Source: Selaginella moellendorffii
Taxonomy: Eukaryota > Plantae > Lycopodiophyta
Assembly: GCF_000143415.4 (NCBI RefSeq)
Contig: NW_003314318.1
Location: forward strand, 496,001 to 560,000
Direction: 5' to 3'
Length of the DNA: 64,000 bases
A program made the position numbers and the translations under genes. Of this stretch, positions 46,806 to 60,250 are shown piece after piece; position 1 is the first letter of the stretch, and the number at the start of each line of letters is the position of its first letter. The notes beneath the pieces were generated by a model. It was not told the origin of the DNA. It ran no database searches and saw only the letters and a list, made by a program, of their open reading frames with translations.

Positions 46806-49800
46806 ATGGAGGCGGAGGTCGCAGCTGTGCTGGGGATGGAGATGGCGCCATTCGAGGCGCTCGTCGCCCAGCTGATGAGCCCCACGAACGACCAGCGCGG
46901 CCACGCCGAGCAGCTTTTCAACGCTTGCAAGGCGCAGCACCCGGACACGCTGGTGCTCAAGCTCGTTCACACTCTACAGTCCGGGCATGTCGAGACGCGC
47001 GCTATGTCCGCTATCCTCTTGCGGAAGCTCATCACCAAGGACGAGGTCTCGCTCTGGTCGCTGCTCAATCCCAACACCCACGCCACGCTCAAGACCCAGC
47101 TCCTGGTGTGCGTCCAGAGGGAAGAGACCAAGAGCACCCTCAAGAAGCTGTGTGACACTGTGGCGGAGCTAGCGGCCAGTTTGATCGAGGATGGGAGCTG
47201 GCCAGAGCTCCTTCCATTCATGTTCCAGTGCGTGAGCTCCGACGTTCCCAGGCTCCAGGAGAGCGCGCTGCTCATGTTTGCCCAGCTCGCGCAGTACATG
47301 GGACCTCACCTCCGCTCACACTTGCCGACTTTGCACGCGGTCTTCCAGCAGTGCCTGTCGTCCAACACCTCGAGCGACGTGCGCATTGCGGCACTCCGCG
47401 CGACCGCCAGCTTCGTGCAAACGCTGGAATCGGTCCAGGATCGAGAGAGGTTCCAGAACTTGCTACCCGGAATGATGCAGACGCTGTCTCTGGCTCTAAA
47501 CAACAACGAGGAGGCCACAGCGCAGGAGGCTCTTGAGATGTTTATCGAGGTTGCCGGGTCGGAGCCAAGGTTTATGCGACGCCAGCTTGTGGATGTGGTG
47601 AGCACCATGATGCAGATCGCTGAGGCTGAGTCGCTCGAGGAGGGTACTCGTCACTTAGCGGTGGAGTTTTTGATCACTCTCGCTGAGGCCAGGGAGAGGG
47701 CGCCGGGGATGATGCGGAAGTTGCCACAAATGATCAGCAGGCTTTTCGCGACACTGGTGAAGATGCTCTTGGATTTGGAGGACCTTCCGGCGTGGCATGT
47801 CGCGGACACGGAAGATGAGGACGTTGGAGAGAGCTCGAATTTTGAAGTTGGTCAGGAATGCTTGGACAGGTTGGCGATCTCTCTGGGGGGAAACACGATC
47901 CTGCCGGTTGCATCGGACATCCTGCCCGTTTACATTTCTGATCCGGACTGGAAGAAGAGGCATGCCGCGTTGATCACCCTTGCACAGATTGCCGAAGGAT
48001 GTGCCAAGGTAATATATTTCCTTTTTCCTTTCTTTGGTGCTTTTCAAGACATACTGACTTATGCTTGGTTATAGGTGATGATAAAAAATTTAGAGCCGGT
48101 TGTGTCCATGATTTTGAATTCGTTTCAAGATCCACATCCCCGAGTTAGATGGGCTGCTATTAATGCGATCGGACAGCTCTCCACAGATTTAGGACCTGAT
48201 TTGCAACAGCTCTATCATCAGCGGGTGCTTCCAGCTCTTGTTGGTGCCATGGATGACTACCAAAATCCTCGGGTTCAGGTAACAATCTTTTCTTTTATAT
48301 TCTTTTTTATCATTAACAAGTTTGCTCGGTACAGGCTCACGCGGCAGCCGCAATATTGAATTTTAGCGAAAGCTGTACTTCTGATATTTTGACGCCTTAT
48401 TTGGAAGGTGTCATCGGTAAATTGTTGATTCTTTTGCAGGTAATTTTCTTTATAACCCTGAGCAAGGTTTCAACATCGTTGTTTCTATCAGAATGGAAAA
48501 AGAATGGTGCAAGAAGGTGCTTTGACAGCACTGGCTTCTGTCGCTGATTCCGCTCAGGTTAATTCATGATGACGCTTGCCCTTCGACATCTCACGTTCGA
48601 TATTTGCAGGTTCAATTCCAAAAGTATTACGATGCAGTCATGCCGTACCTGAAGACTATTCTTATAAATGCCACAGACAAGCAAAACCGCATGCTTAGAG
48701 CGAAGTCTATGGAGTGTATCAGCCTTGTAGGTATGGCCGTCGGCAAAGACAAGTTCAGAGATGATGCGAAGCAGGTATGTTTCTTATGGAAACGGTTGCT
48801 TATATTCTAATGTCTCTACGTTTCCAGGTGATGGAAGTTTTGATGAGCCTCCAGGGTGCGCACTTGGAGGATGACGATCCAACCATTAGCTACATGCTGC
48901 AGGTTTGTATCTCCTTTCATAGGAACGATGTGGTTTTGTTTTATCTCCTCATTTAATTTCAGGCTTGGGCCCGGCTATGTAAATGTTTGGGTCAAGAATT
49001 TTTACCGTATATGAATGTTGTTATGCCACCCCTTCTGCGCTCTGCGCAACTTAAACCAGACGTGACCATAACGGATGCGGACACCGAGGACGAAGGGAAC
49101 GATACAGATGACGACAGGTATTCTTTGGATTTGCTGCACTACCATAACTTTAATTTTTCCACTATATGCTAGTGTGGAGACAATCACTATCGGGGACAAG
49201 AAAATTGGTATTAGAACAAGCGTTCTGGAAGAAAAGGCAACAGCTTGTAATATGTTGTGTTGTTATGCGGACGAACTCAAGGAAGGGTTCTTTCCGTGGA
49301 TCGAGCAGGTAGGTACGCTATGGCGGATCAACAATGCATTACATGTAATTCCCCGTTTACTTTCAGGTCGCGCCGATCCTTGTACCCTTATTGAAGTTTT
49401 ACTTTCATGAAGAAGTTCGAAAAGCCGCTGTTTCAGGTATGTTTCATACTTTAGTTGTACGATAAATTTATCATGTATATATGAACAGCTATGCCTGAGC
49501 TTCTGAGGTCTGGTAAGCTGGCTGTGGAGAAAGGACAAGCACAAGGGCGGGATCAAACTTATGTGAAGCAACTGACGGACTACATAGTACCGCCTCTTAT
49601 CGAAGCTCTACGCAAGGTTTTCTTCTAGTTTGTAGTTTTTTTCAGATGGTAATGGTCAATTTACAGGAGCCCGAGACTGAAATAATTTCTAGTATGCTGG
49701 ACTCCTTGAATGAGTGTATTCAGGTATGCTATTCCAGTTTTATTGAGGAATCGAAATAATTATAGGTGCATATGTTTGCAGCTTGTTGGTCCAATGCTCG

Positions 49801-51197
49801 ATCAAGGGCAAATAAAAGCTATTGTTGAGGAGTTCAAGCAAGTGTTGACAGCGAGCAGCACACGGAAAAGGGATCGTGCGGAACGAACAAAGACAGAAGA
49901 TTTTGATGCAGAAGAGCGTGAGTTGCTACACGAAGAAAACGAACAGGAAGACGAAGTTTTTGATCAGGTGATTCTGCTATTTATTTCTTTTAACATCTCA
50001 ACGAGTTTTCATAGATTGGGGAATGTATTGGAACACTCATCAAAACGTTCAAAGCGTCTTTTGTTCCTTTCTTTGACGAGCTCATGCCTTTCGTGACACC
50101 TATGCTGGTAAGACGCCTAGTATATATTCGTCTCGGTTGCTTACCTCTTGTTTTAATGGTTGGAAGTCTAAAGATCGAACATCTGAAGAACGGAGAATCG
50201 CAATTTGTATTTTTGACGACATCGCCGAGCAGTGTGGAGAAGCTGCAATCAAGTATTGCCAGTTTTTACGATTAAAATTCTCTTATACGCCTTTTGTGTC
50301 TGCAGATACTATGATACGTTCCTGCCGTTCATGCTGGAAGCAGCCAATGACATCAATTGTGATGTCCGACAGGTTGGCTAAAACAAGAACTAGAAAGTGC
50401 GTTCATTCATTCGCTTGTTTATGTATCACAGGCTGCCGTATACGGCATTGGTGTATGTGCTGAGTTTGGTGGAGCAAAATTCAAGCCTGTTGTCCGAGGT
50501 TACATTACCGGCTTGTTTCTGCGGCTAAACTGTATGTTTATTTACAGAGGCTTTGGAGCGTTTGAATGCTGTTGTAAGCCATCCCGCTGCGCGGCAACAG
50601 GATAACATCATGGCAACCGATAATGCTGTGTCTGCTCTTGGAAAAATATGTCAGTTCCAAAGAGATAGCATCGATGCTACACAGGTGTGTGTGTGTGTGT
50701 TCTTCTCTGTTATGTACTGATCATCACTTTGTGTGTGTTTCTCATCAGGTCGTCCCTGCTTGGTTGGGCTGTTTACCACTCAAAGGTGACCTTGTGGAAG
50801 CCAAAATTGTCCACGAGCAGCTCTGTAGCATGGTTGAAAGGTAAACAAAGCATCCTTCAGATTTCTGGTTAGAACTTATTTGCAATGTGTCCAAGCAGCT
50901 CGGATCCCCAACTTCTCGGCCCCAACAATCAGTTCCTACCAAAGATCGTCTCCGTTTTTGCAGAGGTAAGATTTTTAGAAGGCCTGAGCTTCTTGGAATC
51001 ATTCTTTCTCCCGGTGAATTCAGGTGCTTAGCTCGGGAGCAGAGCTATCAAACGAACAAACTGCTGCACGCATGGTGACTTTGCTGAGACAGATGCAACA
51101 AAGACTCCCCCCGGCTGCTCTTGCTTCGACATGGTCTGCGTTGCAACCTCAGCAGCAGGCTGCGCTACAGTCGATTTTGTCACCTCAAACATCGTGA
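46806..51197 (+). CDS. IPO5: Importin-5 / karyopherin beta-3
   Basis: HEAT protein with many short introns: [78 protein letters not shown]. Confidence 0.95.
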
Positions 51198-51593
51198 TCG
51201 CGCGAGCGGAGATTTGTTTTGGATCATTGCTTTAACATTTTTACAGAGGTTTGAGGGGCAGGAACGGTTTTCTTCTCTTTTTTTTCTATCTCCTTTTTCT
51301 TTTTCTTCTTCCCTGTGAAGGGGGCGTCGAGTTAAGAGTGGTGGTCATATTACTTTTTGTGCGTCTTACAAATGTGAGAAATAATAAGAAAAAAAAAAGG
51401 CTTGTGAGATCAGGGAAGCTTTCATGCTCGTTCCATGTCCTTGAAATTTTGTGTGTGTGTGTGTGTGTGACTTTTGTTACAAAGTTGTCTGTGTGGTTTC
51501 CGTGTCCACGATGATTTTGTGACTTTCGTGGTTTCGTGTCCTTTGTGACTTGTTAGAAAGTTATCCGATAGAGAGAGAGAGAGAGAGAGAGCT

Positions 51594-52545
51594 ATGGCGA
51601 AGCGAGAGAGCAAAGTGGCTGTAGTTACAGGAAGTAACAAGGGGATTGGTTTCGAGATTGTGAGGCAGCTCGCGAGCAAGGGATTCACGACCGTTCTCAC
51701 GGCCCGTGACGCAAAGAGAGGAATTGATGCGTTGGAGCGGCTCAAATCGCAAGGCCTGGAAGCCGAATTCCATCAGCTGGACGTCTCGAGCTCGCAATCC
51801 GTGTCCGCTATGGCCGCTTGGCTCCAGCAAAAGTTTGGCGCCATAGATATCCTGGTAAGAAGAGAGTGGTAAGAGAGGAATTCTTCCAAAGATTGAAAAG
51901 CTTGTGTGTTCTTCAAAGGTGAATAATGCGGGGATCAAGTCCAAGGGCTTTGAGAACGAAGTGGAAGGAGCCCAAGCACTTTTTGAGACGAATTACTATG
52001 GTGCCAAGCGGATGGCTCAAGCGGTCCTCCCGATAATCAAGCCTGGAGGCCGGATTATCAACATAAGCTCCCGCCTCGGCCAGCTTAACAATGACTTTCT
52101 TGTAAGTGTTTCTCTTAAATGTATGTGTTGTTTTAGATTTTGTAATGTTTCTTGGCAGCCTCTCAAGAATGAGTTTCAAGTGGCAAAGTTCTCTGATGCG
52201 GAACATCTCAGCGAGCAAGTGATTGACTTGTGCTTGCAAGAGTTTCGGGGTGCTGTTGAGAGAGGAAAGGTGGTGGAGGAAGGCTACCCAAACATGGACG
52301 CGGATTACTGCATGTCCAAGTTTGCGCTCAACGCCTACACCAGGATTCTCGCACAGAAGCTGCAAAACAACAAGATTAGTGTCAACTCGGTGTGCCCAGG
52401 ATATACAAAAACGGACTTGACTGGCGGTGAAGGCCATTTTACAGCTGAACAAGGGGCAGACACCCCGGTTTGGCTTGCAACGCTTGAAGCTGAGGATTAT
52501 CCCTCGGGAAAGTTTTTCGCGGAGCGAAAAGAGATACACTTTTGA
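51594..52545 (+). CDS. Short-chain dehydrogenase, carbonyl/neomenthol reductase-like
   Basis: TGSNKGIG, L|VNNAG, TNYYG, NISSRLG, YCMSK (YxxxK), VCPGYTKTDL. Confidence 0.92.
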
Positions 52546-53733
52546 CTTGATACACAATGACCTTTAAAGTTATTAGAACCTAACTGTTACGATAATTTAT
52601 TAAAGGTAAGAGTGTTTAGGATGTAGGGTTTGGAATGTGCGCTTTCTTCCTCTCCAAATCCAAGCAATGCCGCTCTTTTCCTGTTGAGTTCCTAGAATGC
52701 GCCATGCCTGTGCGCTGCGAATCCATGTTTTTCTTGCCCGGAAATGCCTTGCAAGTGATGCTCTACACTTGATCGCTGAAAGTTTTCTCATTTCTCAGGT
52801 AAGTCCTGTTGAGAAACTATCCACACCTGATGCAATGCCAAGGCACTGATACTGATATGGGCTTGCGTGCTTGAGAGAAAAGAAAAGGAAAAGGAGAGAC
52901 TTGGAAGAGAGGCAGGAATTTCTTGTGGCTTGTTTTTGGAATCCAATGCCGCCGTGCTAAAGTTTAACTAGCTAGTGGCTTTCTCTGGGCCTGGCCCTGT
53001 GTCCTTGGCTCATTAGACTTGTATTTCTTTTGTGGATGCTTGTTTGTACTCGTGCTTGCTGCTGCTGCTATCATTCTCGTACCACTGCTATTTTAGCTCT
53101 CTCTCTCTTGTTGTTGCCGAATTGAGTGATTGATACTCCATATCCCGCAACATCCCAGCGAGAGGAATTATCCATTAATTAGCAGTGAGAGCAAGGAAAG
53201 TGATAGGCTCTCACTCGGGGCACTCCTTTTCCTCTTCCTTCTTGGGAGTTCTTGGGAGCTTTCATACTGTACAAGTGTTGCAAGTGTACAGGAAGAACAG
53301 AACTTACAACGTTCTTTGTTTGTGTGCTCTGTTTCAGGGAGTTTTGTTCACAGTCTCACACAAACATACAAAGAGAGGTATGGGCATCTCCCTGTGGCAG
53401 GCCGAATATCACACCAAAGCCGGATACAGATACAGATCGGATCACCCGGGTACGCTTTTATATTATTTCCAGAGCAGGCTAAAGAAGTGAGACAAAATGT
53501 AAGGGGTGGGAGGAAGGAGTAGTCTATTCTTTCTTCTAGGCACGGAACTAGAAACCATGGCTGGTGGATCCAGCCGCTCACCGCTGCTGGTCACCGCTAC
53601 AAGATGTGAGAGTCGTGGGCTTTGAGCTTCTGGACAAAGCAGCGAGGAAAAAGAAGAGTTTTTTCTCCTCCTTTCCCATCTCAGAGGTGTGTAGTCATAG
53701 ATAGGGATAAAAGGAGGAGCGGACAGGAGGGAT

Positions 53734-55980
53734 ATGGGCAGATCCAAGGCCATTGTTGTTCATCAACAGCAGCAGCATCAAGCGAGAAAGAGCGGTGATG
53801 CGGTGCACAGGCCAGCAAACATACGCATCAGGCGTGCGATACTGGCTGGGAAGCGGGGGCCTACGACGCCAGTTCCGAGCTGGAAGCTGTACGAGAATCC
53901 TTCCTACGACGGGATCATGGCGGGGAGCGAGGCTGCCGGTCGCCAGATAACTATCTCGGCACGAAAGTTAGCCGCCACGCTGTGGGAGCTCCAGGAGCTT
54001 CCGCTTTGTCCTGCCAGAGGAGGCCCACCTTCGTCGGCTAAAATGCGCTCGCGCTCATCGTCACAGGCCAGGCAGCGGGAGTCCGTTGCAAGTCCAAAGC
54101 ATCTGATGCTGCCTCCACCGTCGCCTACGACCCCCGTTCCTCACAATGTAAGCAAAGCCTTGTTTTCTCTTTCTTTCCTCTCTAGTTGAGTGCTTTTCCC
54201 AGATTTTTTTTTCTCTCTAGAGTTGCGAGTTTTGCAAGTTTGGATCACTTTGTTTCTGATGTAAGTTTGTGCCTCGCAGGCCACTAACAATCAGAGAAGA
54301 AGCCCATACTCGGACTCGGTAACCTATCACAGCCGAAGAGCGTCGGAAGAACTCTACGCGTCGGAAACATCCCGGCACAGCTTTGAGGTGACTATTCTTG
54401 CATTGCATTGCGTTGCATGGCCTGTACTAAACTGTTTCTATTTTTTCTTTTTTCCGTAGATGGAGTCCCAGAATAAACAGCAGCAACAGCAGCAGCAAGA
54501 TATGGTCGACGAAGTTGCTTCGCGAGTAAAAGAATGCCTTCCAAACTCGAATGATTTCCTCAAAGTTCTATCGCACATCCGGGGCATGGACCAGCAACAA
54601 GCCGGATCGACTCCTTTGGCTACTGTTCTACGGGTGGAGCTAGAACACACACGACAGCGGGTGAGAGAGCTGGAACACGCCAACAAAGCGGCTCGCAGGG
54701 ACGTCGAGATCCTCTTGGAGAGAAGCGAGAGCGAGAGGGCTGCATGGCGAGCCAAAGAACAGGAAAGGTGGCGAGCCATCGTTATCGAGGCGAAGAGCGA
54801 GGCCGAGGAAGAGAAGCGGCATAAACGCAAGGCCGAGCACCTGAACCGGAAGCTGGCACGGCAGCTGGAAGAGACAAGCTCGGCTCTCTCGAAAGCCATG
54901 AACGATCTGGAGCGAGAGAGAAAGGCGAGGCAGCTGATGGAGGAAGTGTGCGACGAGCTGGCTCGTGAGATCGGGCAGGACAAGGCGGAGGTGGAGGAGC
55001 TCAAGCGAGAGTCGGAGAAAGTCCGCGAGGAGGTGGAGGAGGAGCGAAGGATGCTGCAAATGGCGGAGGTGTGGCGGGAGGAGCGAGTCCAAATGAAACT
55101 CGCGGAAGCGCGCCACGAACTGGAAGAGAAGAACGCGAGCCTGGACAGGCTTCGAGGCGAGCTGGAGGAGTTTCTGCGGAACAAGTCCGCGGCAAGAGCC
55201 GGCGAGAGCCAGGAGCTGGACAAGGCGACGACGCTGCGAGCCGCGGTGGATTCCCTGCGGAAGCCAAACGAGACTGGGAGCTCGGCCGAGGAGGACTTAC
55301 ACTCGATCGATCTGAACAAGGAATCGCTCTACGATCGAACGCAAGGGAACCGCTGGACTTACGCCAGGAACAAGCAGGGCCAGGCGGACAATCCAGCCGA
55401 GAAGAGGCAAGAGCTGCGGAGAAAAGCCGTCAGGGGACGGAGGAGGCTTCGGAGGCAGCGAACTTACGACGAGAACAGCCTGGTGGAGCAGCAGTCGACG
55501 GAGCAAGAGAATGGTCCGGACGAGAGCTGCTTCGATGGACGAGGTGAGGGCTATGGTTTCGGCCCGAGCAGAAGGATCGACACGATTCCAGAGCAGCAGG
55601 AGCTCTACATGGAGAGCGTCCGAGCTTCTTCCAGGCAGCACAGAGGAGGAGGAGCTTGGCATGGCAACAACGAGGAGGACGAAGAGGAAGACGAGGACGG
55701 GGATCAACAAACGCTATGCAAAGCTGAGGATGATTTCGCTCTCGAGTACGCACAGCACAGGAGGAGCCAAGACGGGAGCACGCCGACGCTGTCGCCTCTG
55801 CTGCACTCGTCGTTTCCATTGATGAGCTCCTCGATGGTGGCGACGCCCCAGAGAAATAGCTGGAGCTCTTCCGGGGACGTGAATTGGCCGCGGTCGAGCA
55901 GCCGAGACAACAGCCTGAGAGCCAAGCTGTTGGAGGCCAAGATCATGGACGAGCCTGTGCACCACCACCATCGCGTTTGA
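53734..55980 (+). CDS. Plant coiled-coil protein of the BRANCHLESS TRICHOME / At5g41620-like family
   Basis: TTPVPSWKL, SARKLAATLWEL, ERERKARQLMEEVCDELAREI, EERRMLQMAEVWREERVQMKL, SLRAKLLEAK. Confidence 0.8.
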
Positions 55981-56234
55981 ACTAGAATTACCATTTCATG
56001 GTCAAGGTTGACGCTTTTGACAATTGACTGTGCACTTGGTCAAACTTTGTAGCAATTAATTTATCATACATTTTACGGCCAACGAAGGAGGGGAGGAAGA
56101 CGTCGAAGATGCGGCCTCAAATTTCAATCTTGCATGTTTGCATCACGATGCGCTATCAAAGCAACATATAGATAGAGATAAATAGATGACCTCCTGCCAT
56201 TCTCCAATGGTACAATGGCAGTTTTTCTTACTAT

Positions 56235-58060
56235 CTAACAAGCGGCTTGAAGATCCAGTTCTGCTCCATGAAGGTCTCCATCTTGAGCATAGTCACAACC
56301 CGGACACAAAAAACCTGTGAGGGGTCTCTGGTCCTCCCACGGAAGGCTACCACCATCAAGCAGCAGTAAACAGTCCCTGGACGCAGTCTTTCAGGTTCCG
56401 AGGTTCCTCAAAGAACAGTGCACAGCTCCCAATCTTTTATCGGCGGGATCGAGACTGTGACGAGAGCACGCGGCCAGGCCTTTGCTACAGCTCCCTGAGA
56501 GGATCGAGCCCCGGCCGACAGGCCATCCCCCAGTCAATGAGGTGGTACACACCATTTTTGCAGCATATGTTCCGCAGGGCAATGTCGTTGTGGCAAATGC
56601 CATGCGCGTTGAAAACCCGGACGAGCGTTGCATAGAGCTGCTCGCCATTTGCCGTGGTGAAAGGAGGCCTTTCCTCTAGCGCGAAACCAGCGTCTCGAAT
56701 TAGCATGGGTGGTCTATCAATTCCCTTCACCTCCACCGGAAAGGCTGCCAGTTCCTCGTCTTGCAGCAGGGAGTGTCAGAACATGTCACGCTCAACCTGG
56801 AACCAAAACTCCCACGGCCACTTGGATGACATGAGCACCATCTGCGCTTGCCTCGCGTTCCTGTTCGGCCCCAGCTTCAGCCACCACTGCTCGCCATTAA
56901 TCGTCACTGAGACTACAGTCGACAGAGCCGCGGCACGAGCGGCCCGGTTCACCGTCACCGCCTCCACTGCCTAGGCCTTCACGTGGATTGCCATCTCCAA
57001 ACTTTCGTTACCAATCCTGTATCCACTAGTTGCTCTCACTTTGACTTGCTGTCCTTCGCTTCACAGGTGCACTGCTCCTCAGCTCTCGCTTGAAGCTGGA
57101 AATCCTCGTACACGTCGTTGGCACAGTGCCACACAATGCTCTTCATGGGTAGTAGTCTAACGGTTCACCGTCAACCGGCTGATTGAGCAGGCGCTGTCGC
57201 TGGAAAATAACACCCTTCGGGATGTCAAGAACAGAGTGGAGAGCCTCCGCCCAGTGAAGGCAAAGCCCCTGAAAGTGTTGCTGAAATCCAGATTTGTGCA
57301 CCGTTCTGCGTTTCTCTGAGCTTCGTATTTCGCCTGGAAGCACTGGTTTGAGAGGCGCACGAGCTCTCCCCGTGCTTCTGCTAGCTTGTGGTAGTCACCT
57401 TCTTATCTGACTTGCCTTGTGCAGGCATTCTTGGAGAACCGCTCACAAAGATGTGGCACTGCCGCTTCCTTGTGCTGGCCAGTTGATCAATGCCGTAAGT
57501 CACCTCCTTTCGCATGCCGAACCACAATCGCCATGACCTCCGCCACCACGTGCATGAAGCTCTCGTATTGCTTCTTAACTGTATCCCAACCACACACACC
57601 TCCAGCCTGAGGTTTTCGATAGCCTGCAGGATGTTCGTGTTGAGTATACGCTCTCTATGACATGATCCTAGATGGCAGGAGTGCCACTTCACTGATCCAG
57701 GTGTAGGCTAGAGGCGTGTCTCTTCATCATGTATATATATCTTTGATATTATATACGACTATCCTTGGAGTCATCCACCATCGTAGCTTCCGCTCTTCTT
57801 CTCTTCAGTTCGTGTTGGGGTCCGGGTCCGTGACAAACCGAGTCCAGAAACGTTCCAGAGGACGATATCCAACCCACAGCGGTATTGGCACCGAAGTGAG
57901 AGCGTAGTCACTTCCTTGAGGTCGACCATCTAAAAACCATCAGAAAAACATGTAAGCTTACCAAGAGTGGGTTCCGATTTCATAGCTTCGCTTTCGTCCA
58001 AGCATGAGCCTGAAGAAACCCCATCCTTGTCGATCTTGCCCAGGACCTCTAAATCCTCTG
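56235..58060 (-). pseudogene. Decayed atypical kinase-containing gene, copy 1
   Basis: WWLKLG, ICHNDIALRNI (HxDxxxxN) and LIDWG motifs spread over several frames with stops. Confidence 0.7.
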
Positions 58061-58424
58061 TGACTTGTGGCTTTGAAACATGCATTTATAGCGTTTTCTT
58101 ACGAGAGTTAGTGTGGAATTTTTTCACCTTGCACTTATTGTCCTTGCCCTCTGTTGTTATTTCATCAAAGAAGAATTACCTGTAGTTAATATATACATAC
58201 GAGCAAGGACGGGAGCACGCCGACGCTATTGCTGCTGCTGTGTTTCCATTAATGGTGGCGACGCCACAGAGGACAAGCTGGAGCACTTACTGAACTTCAA
58301 AGTTAAGGTCAAGCTTTCAGGCTCAACAAACACTCAAAGGCAGTCAATAAGCTCAATGCATTGACTCGCATTGAATATATTACTGTCATTGACTTTTAGA
58401 ACGCCAATCTTCATGGTGGAGGTA

Positions 58425-60130
58425 TCAACAAGCCGCTTGAAGATTCAGTATGAAGCTCTCATCTTCGGCCATCTTGCGCATTGCTTCATACCGGGCACAA
58501 AGAACTTGGTAGACGTTTCTGGAAGCCGCCGCTTCCTTCCACGGAAGACTACCACCATTGAGCAGCATCAAGCAGCAGTATAGTAGTCCCTGTACGCAGT
58601 CTTTCAAGTCCTGAGGTTCCACAAAGAACAGTGCACAGTCCGGCGACAGGGTCCAAGCTGTTATCAGCGGAAGCCAGACTTTGACGAAAGCACACGGCCA
58701 GGCCTTCGCTACAGCGTCCGCGAGAGGATCCAGCCCCGGCCCGCAGACCAGTCCCCAGTCGATAGCTGGTCTCCCGATTCCCTCCACCTCCACCGGAAAG
58801 GCTACCAGGTCTTGCAGCAGGGAATGGGAGAACATGTCGCGCTCAACCTGGAACCAAAGCTCCCAGGCACACTTCTTCGATGGCATGAGCGCCATCTCCG
58901 CTTGCCTCTCGTCCCTGTTTGGCCCCAGCTTCAGCCACCACTGCTGGCCATTCACCGTCACTGAGACCACAGTTGACATAGCCGAGGGACCCGGTTCACC
59001 GTCACTGCCTCACTGCCGCTGCTGCATTCGTGCGGACCGCCAGCTCCAAACTTTCGCCACCAATCCTGTATCCGCCAGCGGCTCTCACTTTGAGTTGCTG
59101 TCCTCCGCGCCACGCTCCTCCGCTCTCGCTTGAAGTTGGAAGTCCTCGTACGCCTTGTTAGCGCAGTGCCACACGATGCTCTTCATGCACTCTCCCCACG
59201 CGTCAACCGGGTAGTACTTAAGCGGTTGGCTGTCGTCAACCGGTTGCCCGTCCTTGATCAGGCACTGTCGCTGGAAAATAACACCCTTCGGGATGTCAAG
59301 AACCGAGTGAGCCACTGTGACAGCCTCAACCTCCCGCCCGTGAAGGCAAAGCCCCTGACAGTGTTGCTGATATCCGGATCTGGGTTGTAGCCCAGTGCGA
59401 GCTTCTGAGCTTCGTATTTCGCTAGGAAACACTGATTCGAAAAGCGGACCAGCTCTCCCCGTGCTTCTGCTAGCTTGTGAGCAGTCACGTTCTTATCTGA
59501 CTTACCTTGTGCAGGCATTCTTGGAGAACCGCTCACAAGGATGTATCACTGCCGTTGAGCAATGCTGTAAGTCACCTCCTTCCCCAGACGATCGCCATGA
59601 CCTCCGCCATCACGCGCATGAAAGTCTCGCATTGCTTCTGAACTGTATCCCAGTCCTGTTCCTCGTCAACCACGCACACCTCCAGCCCGAGGTTTTCGAT
59701 AGCCTGAAGGATCGGGTTCCGCGTCCGAGACAAACCGATTCCAGAAACCTTCCAGAGGACCTACGGTATCCAACCCACAGCGGTTCCAGCTTACTAGCAT
59801 CGAAGTGTCTATCCCAAGAGCGTAGTCGCTTCCTTGAGGTAGAGCGCGTTCTGAGAAGAAAGATCATCTACAAAACCATACATCTTTATAAGTTATAATT
59901 ACAAGCCACAAGCTTACCAAGTGTGGGCTTGAACGATTCCAACAATTTCACGCGGGCACGAAGCTCATCAGGGGCTTCCAAACTCTCCCTTTTCCGCTTT
60001 CGTCCGTAGGAAACCATGAGCCTGAAGAAACCCACCATTTCTGTATCTTTGTCAATCTCGTCCAGTTCGTCTAGATCCTCCTCGGATGCATCCTTCATAC
60101 TCTCCAAGTACTTCAGTAAGGAAGTGGCTG
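58425..60130 (-). pseudogene. Decayed atypical kinase-containing gene, copy 2 (tandem paralogue, catalytic loop deleted)
   Basis: Colinear nucleotide similarity to copy 1; stops and frameshifts; GIGRPA joined directly to IDWG. Confidence 0.7.
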
Positions 60131-60250
60131 TGAACAGTCAGCAGCTTGGGTAGCCACCTCGAAACACGCTAAAACACAATGAATCTTCGATCCAGGAATC
60201 ACAAAAGACTCACCAGAGTAGGCAACTTACAAAGCTTACTCACATTAATC

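Noticed and set aside
50685-51592. (GT)n and (GA)n microsatellites
   Set aside because: Ordinary short simple repeats in an intron and in UTRs
52600-53730. Possible miRNA precursor or uORFs upstream of the BLT-like gene
   Set aside because: No conserved plant miRNA sequence or long hairpin recognised; looks like promoter and 5' UTR with introns
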